A stretch of DNA of 64,000 bases from Heterodontus francisci (lineage: Eukaryota). How positions within the stretch are numbered: the first letter of the stretch is position 1; each line of letters opens with the position of its first letter. This document shows positions 48,164 through 60,676 of the stretch, one piece after another. The stretch spans positions 62,001 to 126,000 of the forward strand of contig NW_027142325.1 in the NCBI RefSeq assembly GCF_036365525.1, read 5' to 3'. Under the pieces are notes generated by a model, which worked only from the letters and a program-made list of their open reading frames with translations, was not told the DNA's origin and did not search any database. The translations under genes and the position numbers were made by a program.

Positions 48164-48490
48164 CTGGCGATTTGTGACATTTGGCCAGTTGCGCATCCAC
48201 TTTAGTCAAGTGTTGTTGGTTAGGAAAGGCCAAGTAAAATATTTCAATATTTCAGTTTTTGTTTTGTAGAATGCAACAATTTTAGGGCCAAGAATTAAAG
48301 CAGAATTTATAAATCAAACGCTAACTGGGTAACCCAATTCCTGAGTTTTCTTTGGGGGGGGGGAGGTGTTACTGCTCAACCTTTTCTCTCTACCAGAGGT
48401 ACCAGAGGGAACCAACCCATGTTCAATCCTTTTCTCGCTCACATTCTTGACATTTAACTCACATTCCTGGTGTTTTCCCCTTACATTCCT

Positions 48491-49136
48491 GGGCTGTAAT
48501 TTTAGGTCACCCCCACCATCGAGCAGGGTGGTGGCAGGGCCGCTCCTGACACCTTCCTGCCCCCCTGCAATTTTATGTGGGGTGGTGGTGAGAAACAGCC
48601 CACCCATCCAGGCCAATTAACTGCCACTTAAGGGCCTCCTCCCACCGCCACTATTATTTTACAGCAAAGGCCCCAAGCACACTGCCAGCCAAAAGCTGGC
48701 TGCATTATTATGGGCTGGAAAGGGAGTTCTCCTGATTGGGCACCTTGTGCCCCACAGAGGGCCCCCCCCACGACCCAACTCCACAACACTTCCCCCTCAC
48801 CGCCCCCTACCCAACTGCCTCGTCGGGGCCTGGCTGATTGTCCCTGATGAGTCCCCAAAAACTGACTTTAATTCCGGGCACAGACTTCCTCGTGCTTCCG
48901 CTGGCTGGGTGTAGTCTCAGCTGTGGCCACCACTCCCAGTGACGCTGCTGGGACTACAGCCGATTGGCTGGCAGCTCCATTAGGCGGGACTTCCTGCCTA
49001 AAGCAGGTCGAAGTCCTGCCCGGGGCCAATTAAGGGCTTGGGAAGTGAAAAATCCTGGCTTTGCTCCCCCCGGGCAGCCACCCCCAACTTTTCGGCCGGT
49101 GGGTGGGGCCTCCCGTCCAACATAAAATTCCGGCCT
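48491..49136. mobile_element. Non-autonomous DNA transposon (MITE, Harbinger-like TIRs)
   Basis: Terminal inverted match gggctgtaatttta / taaaattccggcc; internal ggccaattaa motifs. Confidence 0.55.
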
Positions 49137-49814
49137 TGATGTTTTTCCTTCGCGTTACTAGCGTTTACGGGTGTGACGGGAGATTCTGCTGGAGGTCAGT
49201 CAGCTTTCAATAACTGATCTCAGAGTGAATCTGTGCTTTTACTGTCAGTCGATCAAAGTTACATGATGGAGCTGCAATGATTGTGAACAGTGCAATAAAT
49301 AATTCTTTGTGTATGTACTTTGGCTCCTCCTTAGCATCGCCTTTTACTACATTTCATAGAATCATACAGCACAGAAGGAGGCCATTCGGCCAATTGTGCC
49401 TGTACTACCTCCTTGAAAGAGAGTTCCAATTAGTTCGACTCAACTGCTCTTTCCCCATAACCCTGCAAAGTCTTCCCTTTCAAATATTTATCCAATTCCC
49501 TTTTGAAAGTTACTATTGAATCAGGCAGAACATTCCAGATCAGAACTCACTGTGTAAAAAATGTCTCCTCTTGTCACAGATCAGGCAGCATCTGTGGAGT
49601 GAGAAACAGAGTTAACATTACTATTGAATCCGCTTCCACTGCCCTTTCAGGCAGTGCATTCCAGATCACAACAACTCGCTGTGTAAAATAACTGTCTCCT
49701 CATCTCACTTCTGCTTCTGGTTCTTTCTTAGCTCTGTGTCCTTTGGTCACTGAACACTTGAGAACCAATTTTGGGATGTGGTAGCCCTGGTAAGGCCAGC
49801 ATTTATTGCCCATT

Positions 49815-50290
49815 CTAATATGAATAGGAAGGGAATAGAGGTTTATGGGCCCCGGAAGTGCAGAAGGTGTTAGTTTCGGCAGGCATCAAGATCGGCGCAG
49901 GCTTGGAGGGCCGAATGGCCTGTTCCTGTGCTGTACTGTTCTTTTTTTTTAGAGATACAGCACTGAAACAGGCCCTTCGGCCCACCGAGTCTGTGCCGAC
50001 CATCAACCACCCATTTTATACTAATGCTACACTAATCCCATATTCCTACCACATCCCCACCTGTCCCTATATTTCCCTACCACCTACCTATACTAGGGGC
50101 AATTTATAATGGCCAATTTACCTACCAACCTGCAAGTCTTTTGGCTGTGGGAGGAAACCGGAGCACCCGGAGAAAACCCACGCAGACACAGGGAGAACTT
50201 GCAAACTCCACACAGGCAGTACCCAGAATTGAACCCAGGTCGCTGGAGCTGTGAGGCTGCGGTGCTAACCACTGCGCCACTGTGCCGCCG
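49815..50290. mobile_element. CR1 3' tail (+, 49815-49945) tail-to-tail with a full HE1-like SINE (-, 49950-50290)
   Basis: Tail matches 2005-2125; SINE head ggcggcacagtggcgcagtggttagc on minus strand. Confidence 0.85.
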
Positions 50291-51119
50291 CTCTTTGTAC
50301 CCTTGAGAAGGTGGTGGTGGGTCATGTGGGTTCTCTTGTTGAATCACTGCAGGCTGTGTGGTGATGGTCCTCCCACAATGCTGTCAGGGTAGGAGTTTGA
50401 GGAGTTTGACCCAGAGACAATGAAGGAACAACATTTGGATGGAGTGTGACTTAGAGGAGAACGTGGAAGTGATGGTGTTTCCATATACCTCCTGCCCTTG
50501 TTCTTCTAGCTCGTGGCTTTGGGAGGTGCTGCTGAAGAAGCTTTGGTGAGTTGTCCATTCGATATTACACGTTGTAGCTACAATTTGCCAGTGATGGAGG
50601 GAGTGAATGTTTAACGAATGTAATTGAGATAAATTTATATCCCATCAGGTCAGTATTTGATAGGACTGTGTAGAAGGAGCGCTACTCTCTATCGAACCCG
50701 TGCAGTACCTGCTGTGATGTTTGATGGGACAGAGTACAGGAAGCTAGCTGTTCCGTGCAGTGCTATCGACGGATGTGGGTTAATCGTCATCCCCACACCC
50801 AATCTCCCCATGAATTAATTTAAAGTTTGCTGGACATTCTGATAACAATACTGAAAGCTAATGCAGCATCTTTCATTCTCACGTGATGCTGTGGTTTGCG
50901 CCTCTTGTTTGCCAACAGTTATATCAATGCCACACCTCTGCTGTGAGGCCTATCTGGAACCTCTGTTGCTGCGTTTCTTGGAAAGCCTACCCAAACTGAT
51001 CTTCAACATCGTCTAGAAAGAACTGTTCTGGGAAGATCCCAGTGACAGCTGTCTGGATGCATTTGGGACTCCAAAACAAAGGACATCTTTCCATATCTTC
51101 TCTTTTTTTAGTTCATTCA

Positions 51120-52590
51120 TTGGATGTGGTGTCAAGCTTCTTGAGTGTTGTTGGAGCTGCACTCATCCAGGCAAATGGAGAGTATTCCATCACACTCCTG
51201 ACTTGTGCCTTGTCGTTGGTGGACAAGCTTTGGGGAGTCAGGAGGATTCCGAGCCTCTGACCTGCTCTTTTAGCCATGGTAGTTATATGGCCACTCCAGT
51301 TCAGTTTCTGGTCAATGATAACCCCAGATTGTTGATAGTGCGGGATTCAGCAATCGTAATGCCATTGAATGTCAACGGGAGATGTTGGAGGTCTCTCTTT
51401 TTGGAGATTGTAATTGCATGGCGTTTGTGTGGTGGGAATGTTACTTGCCACTTATCAGCCCAAGCTTGGATATTGTCCAGGTTTTGCTGCATTTCTACAC
51501 AGACTGCTTCAGTATCCGAGGAATCGCGAATGGTGCTGAACATTGTGCATTCATCAGCAAGCATCCCAACTTCTGACCTTATGACTGAAGGAAGGTCATT
51601 GATGAAGCTGCTGAAGGTGGTTGGGCCTAGGACATTACCCTGCAGAACACATGCAGTGCTGTCCTGGGACTGAGATGCTTGACCTCCAACAACCGCAACC
51701 ATCTTCCTTTGTGCTCGGTAGGACTCCAGCTAGTGGAGAGTTCTCCCTCTGATTCCCGTTGACCTCAGTTTTGCTAGGGCTCCTTGATGCCATACCTGGT
51801 CAAATGCTGCCTTGATGTCAAGAGCAGTCACTCTCACCTCACCTCTGTAGTTCAGCTCTTTTGCCCATTTTTGAACCAAAAGGTCAGGAACTGAGTGACT
51901 CTGGCAGAACCTAAACTGAGCATCAGTGAGCAGGTTATTGCGAAACAAGTGCCAATTGATAACACTGTCGACGACACCTTCCATTACTTTACTGATGATT
52001 AAGAGTAGACTGATAGGGTGGTAATTAGCCGGGTTGGATTTGTCCTGATTTTCCTGTACAGGACATATCTGGGAAATTTTCCACATTGCAGGGTCGATGC
52101 CAGTGTTGAAGCTGTACTGGAACAGTTTGGCTCGGGGCACGGCAAGTTCTGGAGAACAAGTCTTCAGTACTTTTGCCAGAATGTTGTCAGGTCCCGTAGC
52201 CTTTGCAGTATCCAGTGCCTTCAGTTGTTACTTGATATCACCTGGAGTGAATCAAATTGGCTGAAGACTGGCACCTATGATGCTGGGGACCTCAGGAAAA
52301 GGCTGAGATGTCTTTAGACTTATCTTTTGCACTGATGTGTTGGGCTCCCCCATCATTGAGGATGGGATATTTGTGGAGCTACCTCCTCCACTTAGTTGTT
52401 TAATTGTCTGCCACCATTATTCACGACTTGATGTGGCAGGACTGCAGAGCTTAGATCTGTTCTGTTGGTTGTGGGATTGCCTAGCTCTGTCTATCACATG
52501 CTGCTTACACTGTTTGGCACACGTAGTCCTGTAGTCCTGTGTTGTAGCTTCACCAGGTTGACACCTCATTTTGAGGTATGCCTGGCTCTC
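51120..52590 (-). mobile_element. Second LINE family, RT region (degenerate)
   Basis: NPANYHPISLL, ALDIKAAFD.VWH, QG.VLGPT.FS.FINDL, MLADE. Confidence 0.82.
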
Positions 52591-52599
52591 CACTCTACT

Positions 52600-53730
52600 T
52601 TGAACTTGCTATATGTGCATGCTAACTTTCTGCATTCCTTGTGCAAGTACATCCAAGTCTCTCTGAACATCAACATTTCAAAATTTCTCACCTTTTACAA
52701 AATATTCTGCATTTCAGTTCTTACTACCAAAGTGAATAACCTCACCCTTCCCCACTTTGTACTCCATCTGCCACCTTGTTGCCCACTCACTTTACCTGTC
52801 CATATCTCTTTGCGGCCTCATCCTCACAGCTTGCATTGCCAGCTAGCTTTGTACCATCACCAAACTTAGATACATTGCTCTCAGTCTCGTAATCTAAGTC
52901 ATTAATATAAATTGTAAATAGCTGAGGCCCTAGCACTGATCCTTTTGGCACTCCACTAGTTACAGTCTGCCAACTTGAAACTGCCCTGTTGATCCCTGCT
53001 CTCTGCTTTCTGTCTGTTAACCAATCATCTGCCATGCTAATATTACCCCCAACTCCATGCAGCTTTATCTCATGTATTAGCTCTTTGTGTGGCAACTTAT
53101 TGAATGCCTTTTGGAAATACAAGAATACTACACCTACCATCTAACCCCGATAATCTTCGATTCCCTTGCCTAACAAGAATCTATCTACCCCCGCCTTAAA
53201 CTTATTCAATGACCCTGCCTCTACCACCTTCTGAGGCAGAGAGTTCCAAAGTCGCACAACCCTCAGAGAAAATATTTCTCCTCATCTCTGTCCTAAAAGG
53301 GTGACTCCTAAATTTAAAACAGTTCCCCCCTAGTTCTGGACACAAGAGGAAACATCCTTTCTACACCCACCTTGTCAAGATCATTCTGGATCTTATATAC
53401 TTCAATCACGTCTCCCCTCACTCTTCTAAACTCCATTGAAAACAAGCCCAGTCTGTCCAACCTTTCCTCATAAGACAACCTACTCATTCCAGATATCTAT
53501 TTTGTAAATCTCCTCTGAACCACCTCCAACGCATTCACATCCTTCCTTAAATAAGGAGACCAAAACTGCATACAGTTTTCTCGATATGGTCTCACCAATG
53601 CCCTGTGTAACTGAAGCGTAACATCCTTACTTTTATTTTCAATTTCTCTCGTAATAAAGGATAGCATTTCATTAGCCTTCTTTATTACTTGCTGTACCTG
53701 TGTACTAACGTTTTGTGATTCATGCACGAG
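52600..53730 (-). mobile_element. Two degenerate CR1 fragments
   Basis: [14 protein letters not shown]; [10 protein letters not shown]. Confidence 0.8.
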
Positions 53731-53735
53731 AATAC

Positions 53736-56700
53736 TGTCAGGCAAACCCCACCTGCCCCTCCACCCTCACCTGCCAAGACTGAGGCACACATTATTCTGC
53801 CACATGAACATTAAAACTTAAAATTGCAAGCTCCTGACTGGAAAGACATTTGCACGATAACAGATAGTGTTGGAACAAGAGACAAAGGACCATGCCCTGA
53901 CCCATTCAACCAACAATGGACTTTTGATTACCAGATGTTGATGGTGAGGGGAGCTCGCATTCCAGGTGCTAAGATAGCAGAATCCACAAATGCAGAAGTG
54001 GTCAGACCAGTTTTAGTCACATGATTAGCTGGCTGTTGAAATTTGAACTTCCAACAAAGGATTTGAACTCTGAAGGCTGTTAGCTCCTGGACTAAAAAGA
54101 CATGTCTGCCTGTCCATCTCCTTCCCATGGAACTGAATCTTGTGAAAACATGTGAACCACAAACTTTTCTTCTCTTTTCTGCCCCTATCTGCATGTGTAT
54201 GTCGCATGTGCATGCTAGCCTGGGCGCATCGTATATCCATAGGCGTGAACTTTATTAGAGATTAAGTAAGTTTAATAAATTTCACTTTTCTTCTTTAAGC
54301 CAAAGAAAGCCTGTTTGTGCTCATTTCTTTGCCTTATAATTGGAAAGCTGTGAACAAGGATTCACAAAAGGGGAGCTCAAAACAGAGTGTGTTTAAAATT
54401 CAACCCTGTTACAATAAGACCAGGTGAAGATAGTAACAGACCTCTAGACATCTTTCTCACCTGGTCGTAACAGAAATTGGGTGCTAGCATCAGGAATTTT
54501 ACCCACAGACGAACGAGTGAAATTGGAAGTGAGAAGCCAAATTTTTCCCAATCAAAACGAGCAAAGATCAATACAGGTTTTCTTGTGATTGTGTGCTATT
54601 GAATATTAACATGTCTGCAACTGAAGTGAGTAGCTCTCCAAGCCAGGGTAAAGTAATTTGCGATAGGTTAAAAGCACTGTCTATGAAGGAGTTGAGGAAA
54701 ATGGCCGAGCAGTGTGGAATCACAGTAGGTGGCAAGGATAGGAAGCCTGAACTCCTAAGGCTAGTGGCCCACCATTTTTCTCTCGAATTAGGAGATGCAG
54801 AAGCAGTGTTAGAAACAGAATCTGACAGGGTATTGTTTGCAAAGATACAATTGTTTAGTTTAGTTTAGAGATACAGCACTGAAACAGGCCCTTCGGCCCA
54901 CCGAGTCTGTGCCGACCATCAACGACCCATTTAAACTAATCCTATTCCTACCACATCCTCACCTGTCCCTATGCTTCCCTACCACCTACCTATACTGGGT
55001 AGCAAACTGGCAAGCAATTTATAATGGCCAATTTACCTATCAACCTGCAAGTCTTTGGCATGTGGGAGGAAACCGGAGCACCCGGAGGAAACCCACGCAG
55101 ACACAGGGAGAACTTGCAAACTCCACACAGGCAGTACCCAGAATTGAACCCGGGTCACTGGAGCTGTGAGGCTGCGGTGCTAACCACTGCACCACTAACC
55201 ACTGCGCCACTGTGCCGCCCTTGGACCAGAGGAGACTTGAATTTGAGGAAAGGGAGAGAAAGAAAGAGAGAGCCTTTCAGAAGGAATGTGAAGAAATAGA
55301 GAGAGAGGCAAGAGAGAAAGAAAGACAGGAGAAGAAATGAGGAAGAGAGAGAGAGAGAGCGAGAGAGAAAGAATATTCCGGAAAGAATCCGAAGAAAGAG
55401 AGTTGAAGCGGCTTGAGTGATGGAGTAACCCCAGTGAAAGAATGGCCAATATGGAGGAGCATATTTCAGGGCTGGGTACAGGATTGCTAAAACGCATTCA
55501 GTTAATTCCACAATTCAATGAGGAAGATGTGGAAGTATTTTTTGTGTCGTTTGAGAAACTGGCAAGTGAACTAAAATGGCCATCTGAGACCTGGTCTCTC
55601 TTATCGCAAAGCAAACTAACTGGAAAAGCCCATGAGGTTTATTCCTTGTTGCCAGATGAGAGTTCATTAAATTATGAAGTGACCAAAAATGCTATCCTCT
55701 GGTCATATGAATTAGTACCCGAAGCCTTTCGCCAAAAGTTTAGAACCCTCAAAAAGCAAGCCAATCAAACTTATCTGGAGTTTGAAAGAAGCAAGCAGCT
55801 GGCTTTTGACCAATGGCTGAGTTCTTTAAAAATCCAGCTCAGCTATGAGACTCTCAGAGAAGTAATCCAGTTAGAGGAATTTAAAAACTCTCTCCCATTC
55901 TCAATAAAGACCCATGTAGAGGAGCAGTGGGTTCAGAGAGCCCGGCAAGCGGCCGTTCTGACCGATGAGTTTGCTTTAATTTATAAGTCGGTTTCCCAGG
56001 GAGAACCTTTCTTAATCACCCCCACAAATCCGAAAAGGACAAAGGGTGGGAAGGTGATAGAAGCCCAGACAGTCCTGGGAGAGAAAGGAAAGCAGGAGAC
56101 ACAGGGGGCCCTCCTCCAGCAAAAAAGGAAGGTGCAGTGAGCAAGAGTGAGACCCGAAGATCTGTGTGCTTCCATTGTAATAAAGCAGGGCATTTAAACG
56201 CTGACTGCTGGAAACTAAAGGGGAAACCGGGAGGGTTAATCAGGGCACATCCACTCAATGACCTGATGCAAAGCACAGCAGAACAAGCTGTGGCTTTTAC
56301 GAAAGACCAACCCCCGCATAAGACAGCAGTTTGACTGGCCAAAACTCCACAAAGAGGTGGTGGAGTACTGCAAGAATTGCCACATGTTCCAGGTTGAGGG
56401 GAAACCCCAAGCTACAGTGAAACCTGCAGCCCTAAATCCTGTACTGGTGTTAGGAGGACCCACCAGCAGAGGGCTGGTGAACTGTAAGGGACCCCAAATG
56501 AGAACAAAAGGAGGCAGGAAGGCACACGGCTGGCAAAAGTTTAGAAAGAGAAAGGGAAAAAGTGACCAACAGGGCAGGTTAAAGGAAGTCCAGGAAGAAT
56601 CCTGGATGAAAACCTCTGCTGTCTGGTCAACCAACCCCGATAAATGTGAATGACTAGACCCCACAACCTCCTATGTAAATGTAGATTCCAGAAGCACCCC

Positions 56701-57035
56701 ACCAGCACTGCTAACAGCATTTACAGGAACCTGTAGAGACCAAAAGACCTCTAGGGGGCACAGAAACCGTGAGGGTGATGCCTCATCTCGTCGAAGTGAC
56801 ACAGGCGAGTGCAGTTAAGTCTGCAGAAATACCTGCAGGTAGGAGTGTCCCCAGAGAACAAAGGAGAGAGTAACAAAGGCTCCTCCCCCACAGTCAGAGG
56901 AAAAGGGAACCACCCATCCCCTGAAGTCAAAAGTCTTTGCAAGACTCAGATAATTCAGGATTGACCCGCCCACAACTAACTCTCCTGAGAAAAAAAGGGG
57001 GAAATTAAAACAGCCCTGGCATCCAGTAAAGACCA
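53736..57035 (+). mobile_element. Gypsy-type LTR element: 5' LTR 53736-54472, PBS, gag with SCAN-like domain and CCHC knuckle (~54611-56330), integrase zinc-finger scrap; most of pol missing; SINE inserted at ~54866-55219
   Basis: TG..CA LTR; IPQFNEEDVEVFFVSFEKLA..W..LTGKA..YELVPEAFRQKFR..LEEFK; CFHCNKAGHLNADC; WPKLHKEVVEYCKNCHMFQ. Confidence 0.88.
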
Positions 57036-57042
57036 TTTTTAT

Positions 57043-58456
57043 TAGTCATAGAGTCTTACAGCATAGAAACAGGCTCTTAGGCCCACCGCGTCCATGCCGA
57101 CCATAATGCCTATCTATACTAATCCCACCTGCCTGCATTAATTCCATATCACTCTATGCCTCGCTCATTCAAGTACCTGTCCAGATGCCTCTTAAATGTC
57201 GCTACTGTTCCTGCCTCCACCACCTCCTCAGGCAGCTCATTCCAGATACCCACTATTCTTTGTGTGAAATATTTACCCCTTTGATCCCCTTTAAACCTCC
57301 TCCCTCTCACCTTAAATCTATGCCCTCCAGTTGTCAGTCACCCCTACCATGGGAAACAGACTCTGGCTATCTACCCTATCTATGCCTCTCATAATTTTAT
57401 ATACCTCTATCATGTTCCCTCTCAGCCTCCTTCGCTCCAGGGAAAACAGACACAGCCTGTCCAATCTCTCTTTATAATTCAAGCCCTCCAAACTTGGCAA
57501 CATCTTTGTGAATCTTTTCTGCACCCTCTCTAGCTGAATCACATCTTTCCTGTAGTGCGGCGACCAGAACTGCACACAGTACTCCAAGTGCGGCCTAACC
57601 AACGTTATGTACAACTGTAACATGACGTCCCAACTCTTGTACTCAATGCCTCGGCCGATGAAGGCAAGCATGCCATACGCCTTCTTCACCACCCTGTCTA
57701 CCTGTGTTGCCACTTTCAGGGAACTATGTACTTGCACCCCAAGGTCTCTCTGCTCAACAACACTCCTCAGGGCCCTGCCATTCACTGTATATGTCCTGCC
57801 CTGGTTTAACTTCCCAAAATACATCACTTCACACTTGTCTGCATTAAATTCCATTTGCCACTCCCTTGCCCTCTTTCCCAGTTGGTCTATATCCTGTTGT
57901 AACCTTAGACAACCTTCTTCACTGTCCACTATTCACCAATTTTGGTGTCATCTGCAAACTTACTAATCATGCCCCCTACATTCACATCCAAATCATTAAT
58001 ATATATGACAAACAACAGAGGGCCCCGCACCGATCCTTGCGGCACACCACTGGTCATCGGCCTCCAATCTGAAAAACAACCCTCCACTACCACCCTCTGC
58101 CTCCTATCACTAAGCCAATTTTGTATCCAATTTGCTAGCTCACCCTGGATCCCATGCGGGACCTTGTCAAAGGCCTTGCTAAAGTCCATGTGGATAACGT
58201 CCATCGCCCTGCCCTCGTCAATCCTCTTGGTCACCTCCTTGAAAAACTCAATCAAATTCGTGAGACATGATTTCCCACACACAAAGCCATGCTGACTATC
58301 CCTAATCAGACCATGCCTTTCCAGATGCATATAAATCCTGTCTCTCAGAATCCCTTCCAATAACTTTCCCACCACTGATGTAAGGCTCACCGGCCTGTAG
58401 TTCCCTGGTTTATCCCTGCTGCCCTTCTTAAATAAAGGCACAACATTAGCTATCCT
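57043..58456 (-). mobile_element. 5'-truncated CR1 LINE (RT)
   Basis: [36 protein letters not shown]. Confidence 0.92.
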
Positions 58457-58759
58457 AATAGCCTAATTAACTATCCTAATTGACTATCCTATTAACTATA
58501 GGCTTTAAGAAGGGATATGAATGAGAGAAATGCATGGTTTTTCTTTCTGTATCTTATATTTCTCTCAAACCCTGCCATTTTTGTTCAAATCACACTTCAT
58601 TCCCCTGGATGTGGAGGTGTCAGGCAAGCCCACCCACCACCTCCCCCACCCCCCCCCCCCCACCCCCACCCCATCCTCCCCACCCACCTGCAAGAATGAG
58701 GAAAATTAATTCTGCCACATGAACATTGATTTTAAACTATTGCTGGTGAATCAAGTGCA

Positions 58760-59290
58760 GGGGGCAGCGTACCATCCTGGAATCACGTCTGCGACTACAG
58801 AAACGCCTGTTTGTTCCCCTAACTATAGAATCCCCAGTTGCTATTGCTTTTCTGATCTTCCTCCCCACCCCTGTACAGATGAGCCACCCTTTGGGCTATG
58901 GTCTTGGTACTGGCTGTACTTCCCCGATGGACCATTGGCCTCACCAGTATTCGGAACTGGACACTGGTTGGAGATCAAGATGCTCTCAGCAGATTCGTGC
59001 AATACCTGCTGCATCCTCCTTGTCCATCTGGCTGTTGCCCAATCGTTGCTACCTTCTCTCTCCTAAGCTGTGGGGCGACTGCATCCAGAAACGTGCTTTC
59101 CTCAAAACTCACAGTCTAGCAAAACAGCACGCTGACGGGAGCTGCTTTTCCAGCTCTGAAATTCAGAGCTCGAGCTCCTCCAGCTGATGACCCTTGCTGC
59201 ACATGTGATTGTCCAGGACAGGAGAAGAGTCCTGCAGTTCCCACATGGAACAGGATGAGCATTTCATGGGACTGAGGTGCACTACCATGT
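58760..59290 (-). mobile_element. CR1 ORF1 N-terminal remnant
   Basis: CSSCSMWEL..HMCSK..LEELEL zinc-finger start on minus strand. Confidence 0.65.
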
Positions 59291-59720
59291 CTTTCTTTAT
59301 TGTACTATTAACTAACTTATCAGAAATAAATATAAGACCAAAAGAAATAGTCACCAGCTACTCACTGATCAGCTTATTCTCTTATGCTGATGTTGCTTTA
59401 GGTTTTTTGTAACTCGCTCCCAGACACTCACTCTCCCCAGAGTGGGAGCATTATATATTTGGGCAGTGGCTGAACCCGAGACACTACACATGTAGTGTCT
59501 CCCACCCGCCCTCCTCCTCTAACCAAAAAAAAAGGACTCTGGTGTGTTGATAAGGTAAGCTTTTTTATTTCTTCTGTATTGTGTGATTGGTTAAAAATCT
59601 ACTTTCTTTTTTTGATTTATCTATTAATTGGTTATTTGAAAAAGACCATAGCAGAGAAGTATCAGAAAGTATTTAACTCATAAATTTATATAAAGTAATA
59701 AAGTAATTAACTAAGTAGAA

Positions 59721-60617
59721 ATGGCTGGGCAGGTGATGTGCTGTAGCTGTATGATGTGGGAGCTGGCTGTCCCCATTGTGAACGGCAGGGACCACATCTG
59801 CAGCAAGTGTTGGTTGCTGGAAGAACTCCGGCTCAGAGTTGATGATCTGGAATCTGAGCTTCAAACACTACGGCACATCCGGGAGGGGGAGAGTTACCTG
59901 GACGTTTTGTTTCAGGAGGCAGTCACACCTGGTAGATTAAGTAATTCAAATTCAGTTAGTGATCAGGGACAACAGGGTGTGATTGCAAGTGAGGCAGGTA
60001 GGGGGATCCTGAGTTCAGGAGTGGAGGAGCCTCAGCCTTTGACCTTATCCAACAGGTACGAGATACTTGCTCCCTGTCTGGATGAGGAAAAGGGCTGCGG
60101 GGAGGATGAGCCAACTGACCATGGCACCATGGTGCAGAAGGCCATTCAAGAGGGGGGAGCAAAAAGACAAGTGGTAGTTTTTGGAGATTCTATAATTAGG
60201 GGGATAGATAGTATCCTTTGCAAGCCGGATCGGGAGTCCCGCATGGTGTGTTGCCTGCCCGGTGCCAGGGTGCAGGACATCTCTGACCGGCTTGAAAGGA
60301 TATTGGAGCGGGAGGGGGAGGATCCAGTTGTTGTGGTCCACATTGGGACTAACAACATAGGCAAGGCTAGGATGGAGGACCTGTTTGGGGATTATAAAGC
60401 ACTGGGAGCGAAATTAAGGAACAGGTCCTCGAGGGTCATAATTTCCGGATTACTGCCCGAGCCACGTGCAAATTGGCTTAGGGATAAGAATACTAGGGAA
60501 GTAAACAGGTGGCTAAGGGAGTGGTGTGGGAAAGAGGGGTTCCATTTCATGGGGCATTGGCATCAGTTTTGGAACCGGGGGGATCTGTACCGATGGGACG
60601 GTCTCCACTTGAACTGA
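59721..60617 (+). CDS. CR1 ORF1p (zinc finger, coiled coil, SGNH esterase); stop is probably premature (likely CGA>TGA)
   Basis: CCSC..CSKC, GDSIIRG, HIGTNN, DGLHLN; after the TGA the frame continues SGTSVL to TAG at ~60677. Confidence 0.85.
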   Translation: MAGQVMCCSCMMWELAVPIVNGRDHICSKCWLLEELRLRVDDLESELQTLRHIREGESYLDVLFQEAVTPGRLSNSNSVSDQGQQGVIASEAGRGILSSGVEEPQPLTLSNRYEILAPCLDEEKGCGEDEPTDHGTMVQKAIQEGGAKRQVVVFGDSIIRGIDSILCKPDRESRMVCCLPGARVQDISDRLERILEREGEDPVVVVHIGTNNIGKARMEDLFGDYKALGAKLRNRSSRVIISGLLPEPRANWLRDKNTREVNRWLREWCGKEGFHFMGHWHQFWNRGDLYRWDGLHLN

Positions 60618-60676
60618 TCTGGAACCAGTGTTCTAGTGAAACGGATAAATAGGGTGGTCTCTAGGACTTTAAACTA

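Noticed and set aside
48270-48328. 59-nt open segment between a good acceptor and a gtaacc donor
   Set aside because: No recognisable peptide similarity and no compatible downstream exon in the window
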